Source: a virus. From it: DNA of 64,000 bases. The stretch lies in IMG/VR virus record IMGVR_UViG_3300050821_008578, positions 1-64,000 of that record. The stretch is one strand, 5' to 3'. The notes under the pieces are model-generated. The model was given only the letters and a program-made list of their open reading frames with translations, was not told the DNA's origin and ran no database searches. Positions 47,858 to 57,446 of this stretch are shown here, piece by piece (within the stretch, counting starts at the first letter, position 1; each line of letters starts with the position of its first letter). Both the position numbers and the translations under genes were made by a program.

Positions 47858-48057
47858 GATTTTACTCCCATAGTAAAAGAAATTAATTTTGATCTTATAT
47901 TCATAAGACGAATTTTTTCTGGACCATTACAATAGGGAATAGATTGACTTAAAGCTAATCTAATTCCACTTCTTGTTTTTTGTTTCATTTTAAGATATTC
48001 TTCTCTAGTTAAATTTTCTAACATTTCTATTTCAAAATAACTATTTGTATAAAACAT
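47854..48057 (-). CDS. Hypothetical protein
   Basis: GGAGG SD before ATG 48057 (the track's GTG start overlaps the RNA element). Confidence 0.6.
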   Translation of the reverse strand: MFYTNSYFEIEMLENLTREEYLKMKQKTRSGIRLALSQSIPYCNGPEKIRLMNIRSKLISFTMGVKS

Positions 48058-48084
48058 AACTAACCTCCAATAAATTAAATAAAA

Positions 48085-48180
48085 AGCCAGTTTGGCTGAG
48101 AAATCGAACCTCACTAGTTACCCAGAACCAAGATTGGGATCGAACCAATCATTTCGCACCCAAGCACCAAACCAGCTTAC
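48085..48180 (-). ncRNA. tRNA-like RNA with two D-loop/T-loop modules and no anticodon arm
   Basis: Closing stem AGCTGGTTTGG/CCAAACTGGCT; T-arms GATTGG-TTCGATC-CCAATC and TGAGG-TTCGATT-TCTCA; YTGGGT loops; starts about 7 nt after promoter copy 3. Confidence 0.65.
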
Positions 48181-48186
48181 ATTTAA

Positions 48187-48221
48187 CTTATCGGAACATT
48201 TTTCTAAAACAAAAGGGTTTT
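48187..48221 (-). promoter_or_regulatory. Conserved 35-bp promoter, copy 3
   Basis: Identical to copy 1; nearest upstream copy for the modification operon. Confidence 0.75.
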
Positions 48222-48239
48222 ATGAAAAATAAATTTTAA

Positions 48240-48488
48240 TCATCCCAAATCAGCTGCTGATTTCCATCTAAGTACCATATTATCATATACCCAAATATAT
48301 GCAGCTGAATTCTTTTCATCTAATAGATAAAGTTTATTACCTTCTACTCTACCTACAATCTTTGGATTACCTGCTAATAGCCATGCTAATCTATAAAGAT
48401 CAGTAATACCAGCTGCTAGTAATTTAGATTCAGTAGTATTAACTAATACTTTATCACCTCTAAAATATGGTTTATTTATCTTACTCAT
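48240..48488 (-). CDS. Hypothetical protein
   Basis: Coupled ORF. Confidence 0.55.
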   Translation of the reverse strand: MSKINKPYFRGDKVLVNTTESKLLAAGITDLYRLAWLLAGNPKIVGRVEGNKLYLLDEKNSAAYIWVYDNMVLRWKSAADLG

Positions 48489-48694
48489 TTTTCATATCCT
48501 AATACTTTTAATGCAGTTTTCTTTGAAAATGTTAATTTTAACGGGCTATTTAATATTTGAATGGTATAAAATATATGTTTTTTATTAAACATTTTTATTG
48601 ATTTAATATCTAAAATAGTAGCATATGAATCTACTCTATATTCAACAATATCACCAACTTTAAAAACTTTAATTTTATTCATTATTTTTTTCAC
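48485..48694 (-). CDS. Hypothetical KOW-like protein
   Basis: FKVGDIVEY. Confidence 0.5.
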   Translation of the reverse strand: MKKIMNKIKVFKVGDIVEYRVDSYATILDIKSIKMFNKKHIFYTIQILNSPLKLTFSKKTALKVLGYEK

Positions 48695-48986
48695 CTAAAA
48701 TCATTTCTTCAATTTTTTCTAATTTATCTTCTCCAATTACATTCTTAATATCATTTCTAGTAAATACTTTTTTTCTAATTTTAATACTTATTTTTTTATT
48801 CTCATAATCAGTTTCACTATAAATCTCATATTTCTTCCAGAAATTTTCAACACATAAATTATATGTAATTTTTTCTTCTTCTGGAGAAGAATGAAAAATA
48901 GATTTAACTTGTTCCCATATTAGTTTATCTATATTTTGATAAACTGAATTAAGTGCTTCTTTAACTTTTTCATCTTCTTTATTCAT
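48675..48986 (-). CDS. Hypothetical protein
   Basis: Coupled ORF; N-terminus shared with the next gene (MxKEDEK). Confidence 0.55.
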   Translation of the reverse strand: MNKEDEKVKEALNSVYQNIDKLIWEQVKSIFHSSPEEEKITYNLCVENFWKKYEIYSETDYENKKISIKIRKKVFTRNDIKNVIGEDKLEKIEEMILGEKNNE

Positions 48987-49435
48987 ACAATTTCCGTTTT
49001 AATTTTTTTGAGTTCCAATTTTGCTTTGTCAGTTAGATAAAATATACCAAGACCTTCTCCAACAAAACCAATGTCGAATGGTCCAATCATAAATCCTTTT
49101 TCAATAAGTATTTTAACATCAACTGAATTTAGAAGGTAACAATAATGATTTCTAAATCCCGGATTTCTTGTATTAAAACCATAGGCATGTTTAATTATAT
49201 TTATCTGTCTTTCAGACAATTCATCTAAAATCATTTTTTCTTCACAGGATTGTTTATCCTGTTTCATTTCATTTTTCCAATAATTATCCCAATGGTCATT
49301 CATGTCTTTGTGCAACCCTTTTTCAAAGCAGTCTTCACATAATTTATCAAATTCCAAATAATGAAAGAACTTCCCGCAATCTTGGCAGGATTTAAGACAT
49401 GATTTTTCACCTATCTTTTCATCTTCTTTAGTCAA
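48983..49435 (-). CDS. Hypothetical protein with Zn ribbon and FRNHY domain
   Basis: CQDC...CEDC; HAYG...FRNHY. Confidence 0.55.
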   Translation of the reverse strand: MTKEDEKIGEKSCLKSCQDCGKFFHYLEFDKLCEDCFEKGLHKDMNDHWDNYWKNEMKQDKQSCEEKMILDELSERQINIIKHAYGFNTRNPGFRNHYCYLLNSVDVKILIEKGFMIGPFDIGFVGEGLGIFYLTDKAKLELKKIKTEIV

Positions 49436-49438
49436 TTA

Positions 49439-49858
49439 TCACTCCTTTATCAAATCAACATCTAAAACTCTATATGTTGCTCTATGAATACATGGTCTGT
49501 ATTCTTCTTTCCATTCTTTAATCTTCTTAATAGTTTCAGGAGAATATGGTTTCCCAACTTCTTTTACTTCAGGTACTTCTTCATATTCTGTACATAATAG
49601 ATGTTGACCATTCACAAAGAAAACAAGTTCTGAATCATTTGGTGTAGTTACAAAAACATCATGAATTGCATTATCATAATCCCAACTTTTCCATGTCTTT
49701 TTATTGTAGCTAGTTTCAATTGGATTATGTGCTGATATCATAAATCCAAAAGCCTTTTTAAAGTCAGGGTGACTAAGAATTAATTCCTTCATCTTTTCTA
49801 TTGATGAATAATAAGCAGTAAATCCACATTTAAAAGTATCAATATAAACTTCAATCAT
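49439..49858 (-). CDS. Hypothetical protein
   Basis: GAGG SD. Confidence 0.6.
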   Translation of the reverse strand: MIEVYIDTFKCGFTAYYSSIEKMKELILSHPDFKKAFGFMISAHNPIETSYNKKTWKSWDYDNAIHDVFVTTPNDSELVFFVNGQHLLCTEYEEVPEVKEVGKPYSPETIKKIKEWKEEYRPCIHRATYRVLDVDLIKE

Positions 49859-49879
49859 ATTTCCTCTAATATATTAAAA

Positions 49880-49962
49880 GCTATACTACCTATTACCCTA
49901 TTCCTGTAAAGTTTAGGTTGCCCACCGTTGATCAAGCAATGCTTCAGAGCGGGTAGTACAGC
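49880..49962 (-). ncRNA. Candidate structured RNA/leader element
   Basis: 11-bp closing stem GCTGTACTACC/GGTAGTATAGC followed by TTTT, with internal hairpins; GC-rich gap. Confidence 0.4.
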
Positions 49963-49970
49963 AAAATTAT

Positions 49971-50639
49971 TCATATTTTAAATCCATTTAAAGTAAGAAA
50001 TTCAGTTAATTCACCTAATATCTTCCATAGTTTCTTACGACTAATACCAAGCAATTGAGCCCTATTATGTGGTGGGATATAAATCTGATGTGGTGTTTTC
50101 TTATAATCCTTAATTGATTCTTCATATTTATCTAGAATATCATTTGAAGGATTAATACTTTCAATTATAAATTTCTTAGTTACTTCATCTTGTCCTTCAA
50201 GCCACTTAAATATCAATTTCTTCAATTGATTATACAATGTAATATCAATAGGAGATTCAATCTTTGTTAGTAACTCACCTGCCAATAAACTAATATTACT
50301 ATTTACTTGATTAGTATAAGATTTATTATGATAATGATAATTATCTATATCATCTTCTAATTCATTCCAACTTAATGCATTTTTACTATGATGTTCCCTA
50401 GCATAATAATGTCTTTTAATACTAACAATTTCATTTTTCAGCATCACTTTAGTATATGAAAAACAATCTTCTCTATTATCACTACATTCTTTTATTTTAG
50501 GAAATTTTTTTATAATCTTTTCAGCAAGATGTTGTTCAATATCCTCTCTAGTAAGATATAGTTGTAAATATTCATCATTAGAAAATGATTTAATTAAATA
50601 TTCAAAATCTTCAATTTTGAGTTCTTCAGGATTAAACAT
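49971..50639 (-). CDS. Phage-encoded sigma-70-family factor
   Basis: Region-2-like REDIEQHL..FSYTKVMLKNEI; C-terminal HTH RAQLLGISRKKL. Confidence 0.6.
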   Translation of the reverse strand: MFNPEELKIEDFEYLIKSFSNDEYLQLYLTREDIEQHLAEKIIKKFPKIKECSDNREDCFSYTKVMLKNEIVSIKRHYYAREHHSKNALSWNELEDDIDNYHYHNKSYTNQVNSNISLLAGELLTKIESPIDITLYNQLKKLIFKWLEGQDEVTKKFIIESINPSNDILDKYEESIKDYKKTPHQIYIPPHNRAQLLGISRKKLWKILGELTEFLTLNGFKI

Positions 50640-50841
50640 TAGATTTTTCTTTTATATGTTTAAGTTTAAATTCATTAACAAGTTTATTACGTTCTTTTTT
50701 AGTTTTACATGATCTAACTTGTTCTAATTCTTCTTCTGTGAATTCTGGTTTTTCATTTTTCCAATAACTAAAATTAGTAGAAAATCTAGGTTGATTACGA
50801 ATTGCTGCTAAAGCAGCTGCTACTGCCAACTTATTATTCAT
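50632..50841 (-). CDS. Hypothetical protein
   Basis: GGAGG SD, coupled. Confidence 0.55.
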   Translation of the reverse strand: MNNKLAVAAALAAIRNQPRFSTNFSYWKNEKPEFTEEELEQVRSCKTKKERNKLVNEFKLKHIKEKSNV

Positions 50842-53800
50842 TTTACCTCCATTTTAATTTCACATGTCCATTTTTCATGATCTCTATATACTTGATCAAT
50901 AGGAAAAGATTTTACTTCTTTTTTATCTAAAATATTCATTTCAAATTTATATGCTTTAGATGCTACATTTTGAAAAGTTAGAAAATCTTTTCTTAATGCT
51001 TCACCCTCTAAAATAGCATGATTGTCACCAATTCCTTTTACTTTAAATTCAATAGCTGAACCCCAAGAACTACCAATAGAAAAATCCATCTTTAAAGGAC
51101 AAATAATCCATGGATATAGTTCTGCCATTTTCACTTCATATAAGTATTGTAATCTTTTTATAATTTGAAATAACTCTCCAGGATAAGTGTCATATTCCAA
51201 AGAGTCATGAACACTAGCCACAAATAATGATTTGTATCCATCTTGTCTCAAACCATAAATTAGATGATTATTAGTAATTTCAATAATATCTGATGCGCTA
51301 CTTTGAACTGGATAGTTTACTGCACAGTTCCTAGCATGTGCAAGTAATCCCTTATCCTGAGAGAAGGCTTCGGGGACGGGGATGATTCTACCCATTGGAG
51401 TAAGAGCATAACCATCTTTAAGAACCTGTTTATGCTGGCTTGCAATCCACGCTTTTAATGCTGGTCTCCCATCAAAGAAATATCCTAAAATAGATTCTGC
51501 TTCTTCAGATGATACACCTAATTCAGGTGCCATAGAATATGCTGTTTTACCAAAAGCAATACCGAAATTAATTGTTTTACCATGACCACGTTGTTCTTTT
51601 GTTATTTCATCTACTGAAACTTTTCTTCCTAACTTATAAGAATAAATTAATGCTGCTGTATCTACATGTAGATCAATATCTTTAGAATATGCATCAACCA
51701 TTGATTGTTCTTTAGCAATACTAGCTATAATTCTTAATTCCAACTGAGAAGCATCAGGTGCTACAAATAACCCACCTTCACTCTTCCATCTACTGGTGAA
51801 TATTCGTTTAAAATCGCTTTTACTCGGAATGGAATGAAAACCAGATGAAAGACGCCCAGTTACTGTGCCTGGGATATAAAAATCAGGTTTATATGATGTA
51901 CCAATCATATCTTTAGGAATACCATTTAATCTACTATTCAATACTGCAATTTCATTACTTTTTGACAATGAAGTTAAAAATTTATTTTGTTCAGATCCTT
52001 CTTCACACTTTGTTTTTAATAAAAATTCAATTGCATCAGCATTGGCCTGTGGCTTTTTATTACCTGATTTACCACCATCAGTCATGAATTGTTTCATAGC
52101 TGGGAATGCAAAATATTTATCTCCATAGATAATATCTCTAATTTGATCCCTAGATGTAGCAGAAAAAGCCTGTTCTTCCATTTCAGCATCAGTCATTTTC
52201 TTTCGTTTAGTTTTATTTAATTCAATCAATCCTTGTTTCTTATCATGAATAAATTTCTTTACTACAGAAGTAGATCTCATTTCTTGTTTGAACTCTGTTA
52301 AGGCATTATCGAATTTATCTTTGATAAATCCATACATCTCCATATCAATTTCAATTCCTTTTGTTTCTGCTTCAGCAAATGGAATACTAGCTCTAATAAT
52401 TTCTTCAAGAATATGTTCAGTACCTGGTACCATTCTTTCTTCATCACTTTGATGAACTTTCATATTCCAATAAGCATCTAGAGCTGAATATTCACACAGA
52501 ATACCAGTAGGTATATTTCCAAAATGTCTATCTTTAATAGCAGTAAATTTACTTAGATATCCTTCACCCATCTTCTCCCAGTCATCAGTAACATTGAATT
52601 GTCTTCGAGCACGATCCTTTAATTTAAGACTTGATCTACCACCATCAAGTTGGTGTCCACTAATTAATGTATCATTTTTAATTTTTATTTTATATAAATT
52701 AATACCTAATTCAATTGATTCAAATCCTAAATCAAACTTAAGATTTTGACCAACAAGAGGTACTGTTTCTACAATTTCTTTAACTAAAGATTGAATTTTA
52801 ATTACTTGTGATGGTGATACTGAAAAAGGAATAGTATATTTATCTTTGATAAATTGAAATTGTTCTTCAAAGTAATTTTCAATAGAATTATCTAAAAAAT
52901 CTAATTCACATTTAGATTCTTCAATATCAGCGCTATCATTTCCACGTGAATCAATCCAAGTATAAATTTCTTCTCTACGTTTAGCCAAATCTTGTGGTGC
53001 ATGAATATTCATTGCTTCTAAAGCATTAGCTTTATGATAAGTATTATTTATCTCTAATGGGATTGAGACACCAATAGGATTATCTTCATGACAAAATGAA
53101 TACATAATAGACTTACCTCTATATGGAGAAAGAGCCCCTTCGGGATTCTCCTCACCATCTTTAGGTCTAGTTTCAATATCAAATACTGTATAATCTATTT
53201 TCCCAGATTTATATTTAGATAATAGATTTTGAAGATATTCAATTGCTTCATCAGGATTTAATGTTTTAACCCTTTTTGAAATATCAATATCATTTTCTTT
53301 AAAATTAAGTGCTTTAACAAAAGTTTGTTTAAATCTGGAAAGAAGATTAGGGTTTTTAATAACAGCTAATGGACTATAATTAGGAATAACATTAAAAGTC
53401 TTATTAAACACTTTTAATTTTTTACCAATTCCTAATTCACTAGTTATACCCTTAGTATTTTCAATCAATGATTCTAATACTGTATTTCCTAATGTAACAA
53501 TAGGAATAGATTCATCAAACCCCATCAACTCTTTAAATAGAATTGTTTTACAATTATCAATTTCTTCTTTATTTGGTAGACGATAGCCACCATTTTTAGT
53601 TATAGGGTCAGCATGAGTATAACATTTTAGAAGAGTAGTATAATAATATATTGTATCAAAATTATTAGGTATATCTAATGCTAATTCAATTAGTTTTTCA
53701 CTATCTTTAGTAAAAAGATTTCCTCGGTCATCTCCAGGAATATCACCTATAATTATTACTGTTGGATTTGTAAATCCTGTTTTATTTTTGATAAATGGGT

Positions 53801-53873
53801 TATCACATGATTTATGTAAACCACATTTATTACAAATTGGGAACATTTCAACCTTTTTTCTTAGCTTGTTCAT
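50838..53873 (-). CDS. Family A DNA polymerase with N-terminal family-4 UDG-like domain and 3'-5' exonuclease
   Basis: CxxCxL..GDIPG..KC (UDG-like); DIET/NLKFD/YSALDA (exonuclease); TGRLSS, DASQLELR, KTINFG and VHDS (polymerase). Confidence 0.92.
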   Translation of the reverse strand: MNKLRKKVEMFPICNKCGLHKSCDNPFIKNKTGFTNPTVIIIGDIPGDDRGNLFTKDSEKLIELALDIPNNFDTIYYYTTLLKCYTHADPITKNGGYRLPNKEEIDNCKTILFKELMGFDESIPIVTLGNTVLESLIENTKGITSELGIGKKLKVFNKTFNVIPNYSPLAVIKNPNLLSRFKQTFVKALNFKENDIDISKRVKTLNPDEAIEYLQNLLSKYKSGKIDYTVFDIETRPKDGEENPEGALSPYRGKSIMYSFCHEDNPIGVSIPLEINNTYHKANALEAMNIHAPQDLAKRREEIYTWIDSRGNDSADIEESKCELDFLDNSIENYFEEQFQFIKDKYTIPFSVSPSQVIKIQSLVKEIVETVPLVGQNLKFDLGFESIELGINLYKIKIKNDTLISGHQLDGGRSSLKLKDRARRQFNVTDDWEKMGEGYLSKFTAIKDRHFGNIPTGILCEYSALDAYWNMKVHQSDEERMVPGTEHILEEIIRASIPFAEAETKGIEIDMEMYGFIKDKFDNALTEFKQEMRSTSVVKKFIHDKKQGLIELNKTKRKKMTDAEMEEQAFSATSRDQIRDIIYGDKYFAFPAMKQFMTDGGKSGNKKPQANADAIEFLLKTKCEEGSEQNKFLTSLSKSNEIAVLNSRLNGIPKDMIGTSYKPDFYIPGTVTGRLSSGFHSIPSKSDFKRIFTSRWKSEGGLFVAPDASQLELRIIASIAKEQSMVDAYSKDIDLHVDTAALIYSYKLGRKVSVDEITKEQRGHGKTINFGIAFGKTAYSMAPELGVSSEEAESILGYFFDGRPALKAWIASQHKQVLKDGYALTPMGRIIPVPEAFSQDKGLLAHARNCAVNYPVQSSASDIIEITNNHLIYGLRQDGYKSLFVASVHDSLEYDTYPGELFQIIKRLQYLYEVKMAELYPWIICPLKMDFSIGSSWGSAIEFKVKGIGDNHAILEGEALRKDFLTFQNVASKAYKFEMNILDKKEVKSFPIDQVYRDHEKWTCEIKMEVK

Positions 53874-54090
53874 GATGCCAATTTGCAGCCATCATGTAAG
53901 TAATACCAAGTTGAACTCCCAATCCATCATCATTATCCATTCCTTCACTTTTAAGCTCAAATCCTTTATCATAAAGAAGTTTTGCTGCTTCTTCATGTTC
54001 TTGTTTAGTAAAATCTCTATGATCAGGATGAAATGTTCTTAGATAATATTTCTTTCCATTCGATAAAGTTCCAATAGGTTGATCTCTCAT
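53848..54090 (-). CDS. Hypothetical protein, first gene after promoter copy 4
   Basis: GGAGG SD. Confidence 0.6.
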   Translation of the reverse strand: MRDQPIGTLSNGKKYYLRTFHPDHRDFTKQEHEEAAKLLYDKGFELKSEGMDNDDGLGVQLGITYMMAANWHHEQAKKKG

Positions 54091-54107
54091 TTTCTACCTC
54101 CAACTAT

Positions 54108-54142
54108 CTTATCGGAACATTTTTCTAAAACAAAAGGGTTTT
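54108..54142 (-). promoter_or_regulatory. Conserved 35-bp promoter, copy 4
   Basis: Identical to copy 1; leader identical to copy 2. Confidence 0.75.
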
Positions 54143-54160
54143 ACAAAAAATAAATTTTAA

Positions 54161-55474
54161 TTATTCACTTTTTTCTTTAAACATTGCCTTAGCTAAATCT
54201 CTAGTTATTGGTATCTTCACATGACTATCACCACGTCTATTATCACTAATATATAAAATACCATCAGGTTTATCATCTGCAAAATTAATAGAAGACAGAG
54301 ACCATGCTCTATGAGCCTTACGAGCTGAATGAGCTAAATGTTCTTTTCTAATTAATTCACCCTTATTAGGAATTGCCCAACCTTCTCTATTTGGTTGGGC
54401 AAAACTTATAATAGGTACTTTAAAATAATCAGCTAATTGTATTAGATCTTTATATATTTCCCCAGCATCATTATACATATCATCTGTGTTACCACGAATA
54501 GGACAAAGACAATCATCATAGTCAACAATTATAAGATCTGGTTTAACACCCATCTTACTCTTAACTCTAGATATCCATGATCTAATATGTAAAGTATTAG
54601 CAGTTCCTTCTGGCCAATATTTAATAAATAGATTTGGTTTATATTTTAAAAATCTTTCAATCTTTGATTTATATTCTGGGGTATGAATATTATTAAATTC
54701 ACTATAAGTCAAACCAGTCAATCTACATGCATATTTAGTAGCTACTGCAATCTCACTAATCTCTAAAGAGATATGAAATACATTTTTTCCTGTAGCAATA
54801 TTATATGTACCTATATTACAACCCATAGTCGATTTTCCACATTTTGGTGGAGCCTGAATTATATGCAATTCTCCTGGTGCTAATCCACCACCAAATGCTC
54901 TATCAAATTTATGCATTCCTGTTTTAATTAATTTATCTTCAGAATATACTTTATCTGAAACTTCTTTTAGATTAATAATACTATCAAAATTTAATCCTTC
55001 ATCTACCCCACATCCTACTGATACTGCTTCATCAATTAATTTTAATCCTTTTTCATAACTGCCATCAGGATCTTTTTCAAGTATATTAACACATTCTAGA
55101 ATAGCATTTTTAAATTCTTGTCTACGAGCAAATTTAACAAATGAATCTATTATTGATTGCTCAGATTTAATATGTAATTTATATATTTCTTTTACTTCTT
55201 CAAATAAAAGTTGGGCAATTTCAGAACCATATCCATGAGAAGTAATATATTCTTCAATTTTAACAAATAATTGATCTCTGTCAACTTCAGCTTCATAAGT
55301 TAGAATATATTTATATATGATTTCATATAAAATCTTAAGAGATTTTGTTTCTAAATATTCTGCTTTAATTAATGAACCATATTCAGTTGCAAATTTGAGA
55401 TTATTACATAATAATTTCAATATTGTTCTTTGAAACTCAATTGAATATAGATATTCTGATTTATTTTCTGACAT
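54161..55474 (-). CDS. Replicative DnaB/gp41-like helicase
   Basis: APPKCGKST, ISLE, IIVDY and AQPNR. Confidence 0.88.
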   Translation of the reverse strand: MSENKSEYLYSIEFQRTILKLLCNNLKFATEYGSLIKAEYLETKSLKILYEIIYKYILTYEAEVDRDQLFVKIEEYITSHGYGSEIAQLLFEEVKEIYKLHIKSEQSIIDSFVKFARRQEFKNAILECVNILEKDPDGSYEKGLKLIDEAVSVGCGVDEGLNFDSIINLKEVSDKVYSEDKLIKTGMHKFDRAFGGGLAPGELHIIQAPPKCGKSTMGCNIGTYNIATGKNVFHISLEISEIAVATKYACRLTGLTYSEFNNIHTPEYKSKIERFLKYKPNLFIKYWPEGTANTLHIRSWISRVKSKMGVKPDLIIVDYDDCLCPIRGNTDDMYNDAGEIYKDLIQLADYFKVPIISFAQPNREGWAIPNKGELIRKEHLAHSARKAHRAWSLSSINFADDKPDGILYISDNRRGDSHVKIPITRDLAKAMFKEKSE

Positions 55475-56381
55475 TATTTAATTTCTCTGATACAAAGATG
55501 AACCATAAACTAATTGTTCTAAATTCTAATTGTTTGAATTTATTAACTACAAAATCAAAATCTGGTTTGGATTGTAATTGAGATTCAATATAAGCTGTTT
55601 GTACTTCTGTATTGGATATTTTACATCTACTTAGATCCATCAATTCAAGATTTCTTTTAAAGATATTAAAATTTTCTTTTAATTTAATTAAATTTTTATC
55701 TTCTAATTTATCTTTATTTATTAATCCTACAATATCAAAAAATGATGTTTGTTTATCTGGTAATTGTTTAATAATTTTAGTCGCTGCTACAGGACCAATC
55801 CCCTTAATTCCAGAAATATTATCAGAATCATCCCCCATCAAACATTTCCAGAAAATAAACTGATTAGGACTTACTTCTTTATAATTAGAAAAATTATTAA
55901 GAGTATAATACTCATCTTTCATAGCTCTAAATACTTCCATACCATGACTAACCATTTGAAGATAATCTTCATCATCTGAAATGACTGTAACTTTATTTCC
56001 ATTATTAAATATATTTTGACCTAACCTAAAAATAACATCATCTGCTTCTTGTCCTGCCATTTTAATAGTAGGAATTCCCATTTTAGGTAGTAGTTCTTCT
56101 AGAATCTGAAATGCACAATCAAAATATTTACTTGTGTCTTCTTCACCTTCTACTTTTGGTGATTTAATTCTCTTTTTATACTCAGGATATAACTCTTCTC
56201 TCCATTTTGCCCTACCCCCATCAAATACCACAATAGGTTCTCCAAATTCTAAATATTTATGTAAAGATTTTAGAAAACCGAATGTGGGTCCAGTAGAAAA
56301 TCCATCACTATTAGTAAGATGTTTGAGTTTATGTACATTTCTCCATAATAAATAATTACCATCTACTATAAAATATTTCAT
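55461..56381 (-). CDS. 5'-3' exonuclease/RNase H (FEN-like)
   Basis: VDGN, VFDG, YPEYK, EADD, GDDSDNI and GIGPV. Confidence 0.92.
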   Translation of the reverse strand: MKYFIVDGNYLLWRNVHKLKHLTNSDGFSTGPTFGFLKSLHKYLEFGEPIVVFDGGRAKWREELYPEYKKRIKSPKVEGEEDTSKYFDCAFQILEELLPKMGIPTIKMAGQEADDVIFRLGQNIFNNGNKVTVISDDEDYLQMVSHGMEVFRAMKDEYYTLNNFSNYKEVSPNQFIFWKCLMGDDSDNISGIKGIGPVAATKIIKQLPDKQTSFFDIVGLINKDKLEDKNLIKLKENFNIFKRNLELMDLSRCKISNTEVQTAYIESQLQSKPDFDFVVNKFKQLEFRTISLWFIFVSEKLNNVRK

Positions 56382-56938
56382 ATTAAATCCTTAATTTTAT
56401 TAATTACCTCTTCTATATTATCTTCAACTTCTTTATTAGTAAATCTTACTATTTTCCATCCTTGGGAATTCAGAAACTTATCTCTAATTTGATCTTTTTC
56501 CTTATCATGCCAATCTGGATGATCAAGTTCAATATTTATATTTGCATCAGGAATAGTAAAATCCATTTGATATGGCCAAAATCTTAAATCATTTATAATT
56601 AATAAACCACAATTATATAATAATTGATTTGCTTTATGAGTAAAAAATTTCCATTCTATAGGGCTAAGATTATAATGTTCTTTTTTGAATTTATTTAATC
56701 TTTTTAATGAAAATGTTGCTGCTTTAGATTGGTGGTTTGGGTGATTATTAATATAATCACTTAGAACTTTACCACAAATTTCTTTAGACATATTAGGATT
56801 ATCTATACGAAGTTTCGCTAATTGATTTCTAGCACTATTTCTTCCAGTATTAGTTTTAGCCCAATGCCCTTTTATATAAATAGTATCTTTATATATAGAA
56901 GTAATTTCTAACCCACATCCACATGTACACAATTTCAT
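56378..56938 (-). mobile_element. DUF559/Vsr-like putative homing endonuclease
   Basis: CTCGCG N-terminus; DF..IELD..WH..DQIRDKFL..GWKIVRF. Confidence 0.7.
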
Positions 56939-57186
56939 TCAATTTGTCCTAGTTCTTTAAGTAACTTTTTATGAGATTGATATATTTGGACTTCTGATTC
57001 ATCGCAATCACCACAAGATTCATAATAATTCATAGTCTTTTTTAATTCTATAACTATTTTATCAAAAGCTGATTTTTCTATAACATTAAGATAATTAATA
57101 GATAAAGAATTTTTACATGGTTGATCTGGTAATTTGGAAGCATAAGAAGTATGTGTCATATCCAGATAAAACTCTTTTGGTTTCAT
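56935..57186 (-). CDS. Hypothetical protein, MKP(R/K)E family paralog
   Basis: MKPKEF...VIEKSAFDK; start at 57186. Confidence 0.6.
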   Translation of the reverse strand: MKPKEFYLDMTHTSYASKLPDQPCKNSLSINYLNVIEKSAFDKIVIELKKTMNYYESCGDCDESEVQIYQSHKKLLKELGQIE

Positions 57187-57446
57187 TATTTTTCCTCTAA
57201 TTCTTTTAATACTTTTAATGCTAAATTTCTTTGCCAAGTAGTGCTGTCACCATATATTCCCACTGGTTTTGATAATTCTTTTAATGCATCTATTGCCTTA
57301 TTATAAGCAGATTTCTCTACTACAATAAGACCATTTTCTTTACCAACAACCCACTCACCATCAGCAATTTGATGACTCTCAAAATGTAAACCATCATCAC
57401 CAACTTCAATACGTTCCTTTTTTAATTTCCATTCTCTTGGCTTCAT
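57186..57446 (-). CDS. Hypothetical protein, MKP(R/K)E family paralog
   Basis: MKPREW...VVEKSAYNK...LALKVLKEL. Confidence 0.6.
   Translation of the reverse strand: MKPREWKLKKERIEVGDDGLHFESHQIADGEWVVGKENGLIVVEKSAYNKAIDALKELSKPVGIYGDSTTWQRNLALKVLKELEEK

Noticed and set aside
48085-48180. Canonical tRNA gene
   Set aside because: No 7-nt anticodon loop in the correct position, two T-arms and no CCA end
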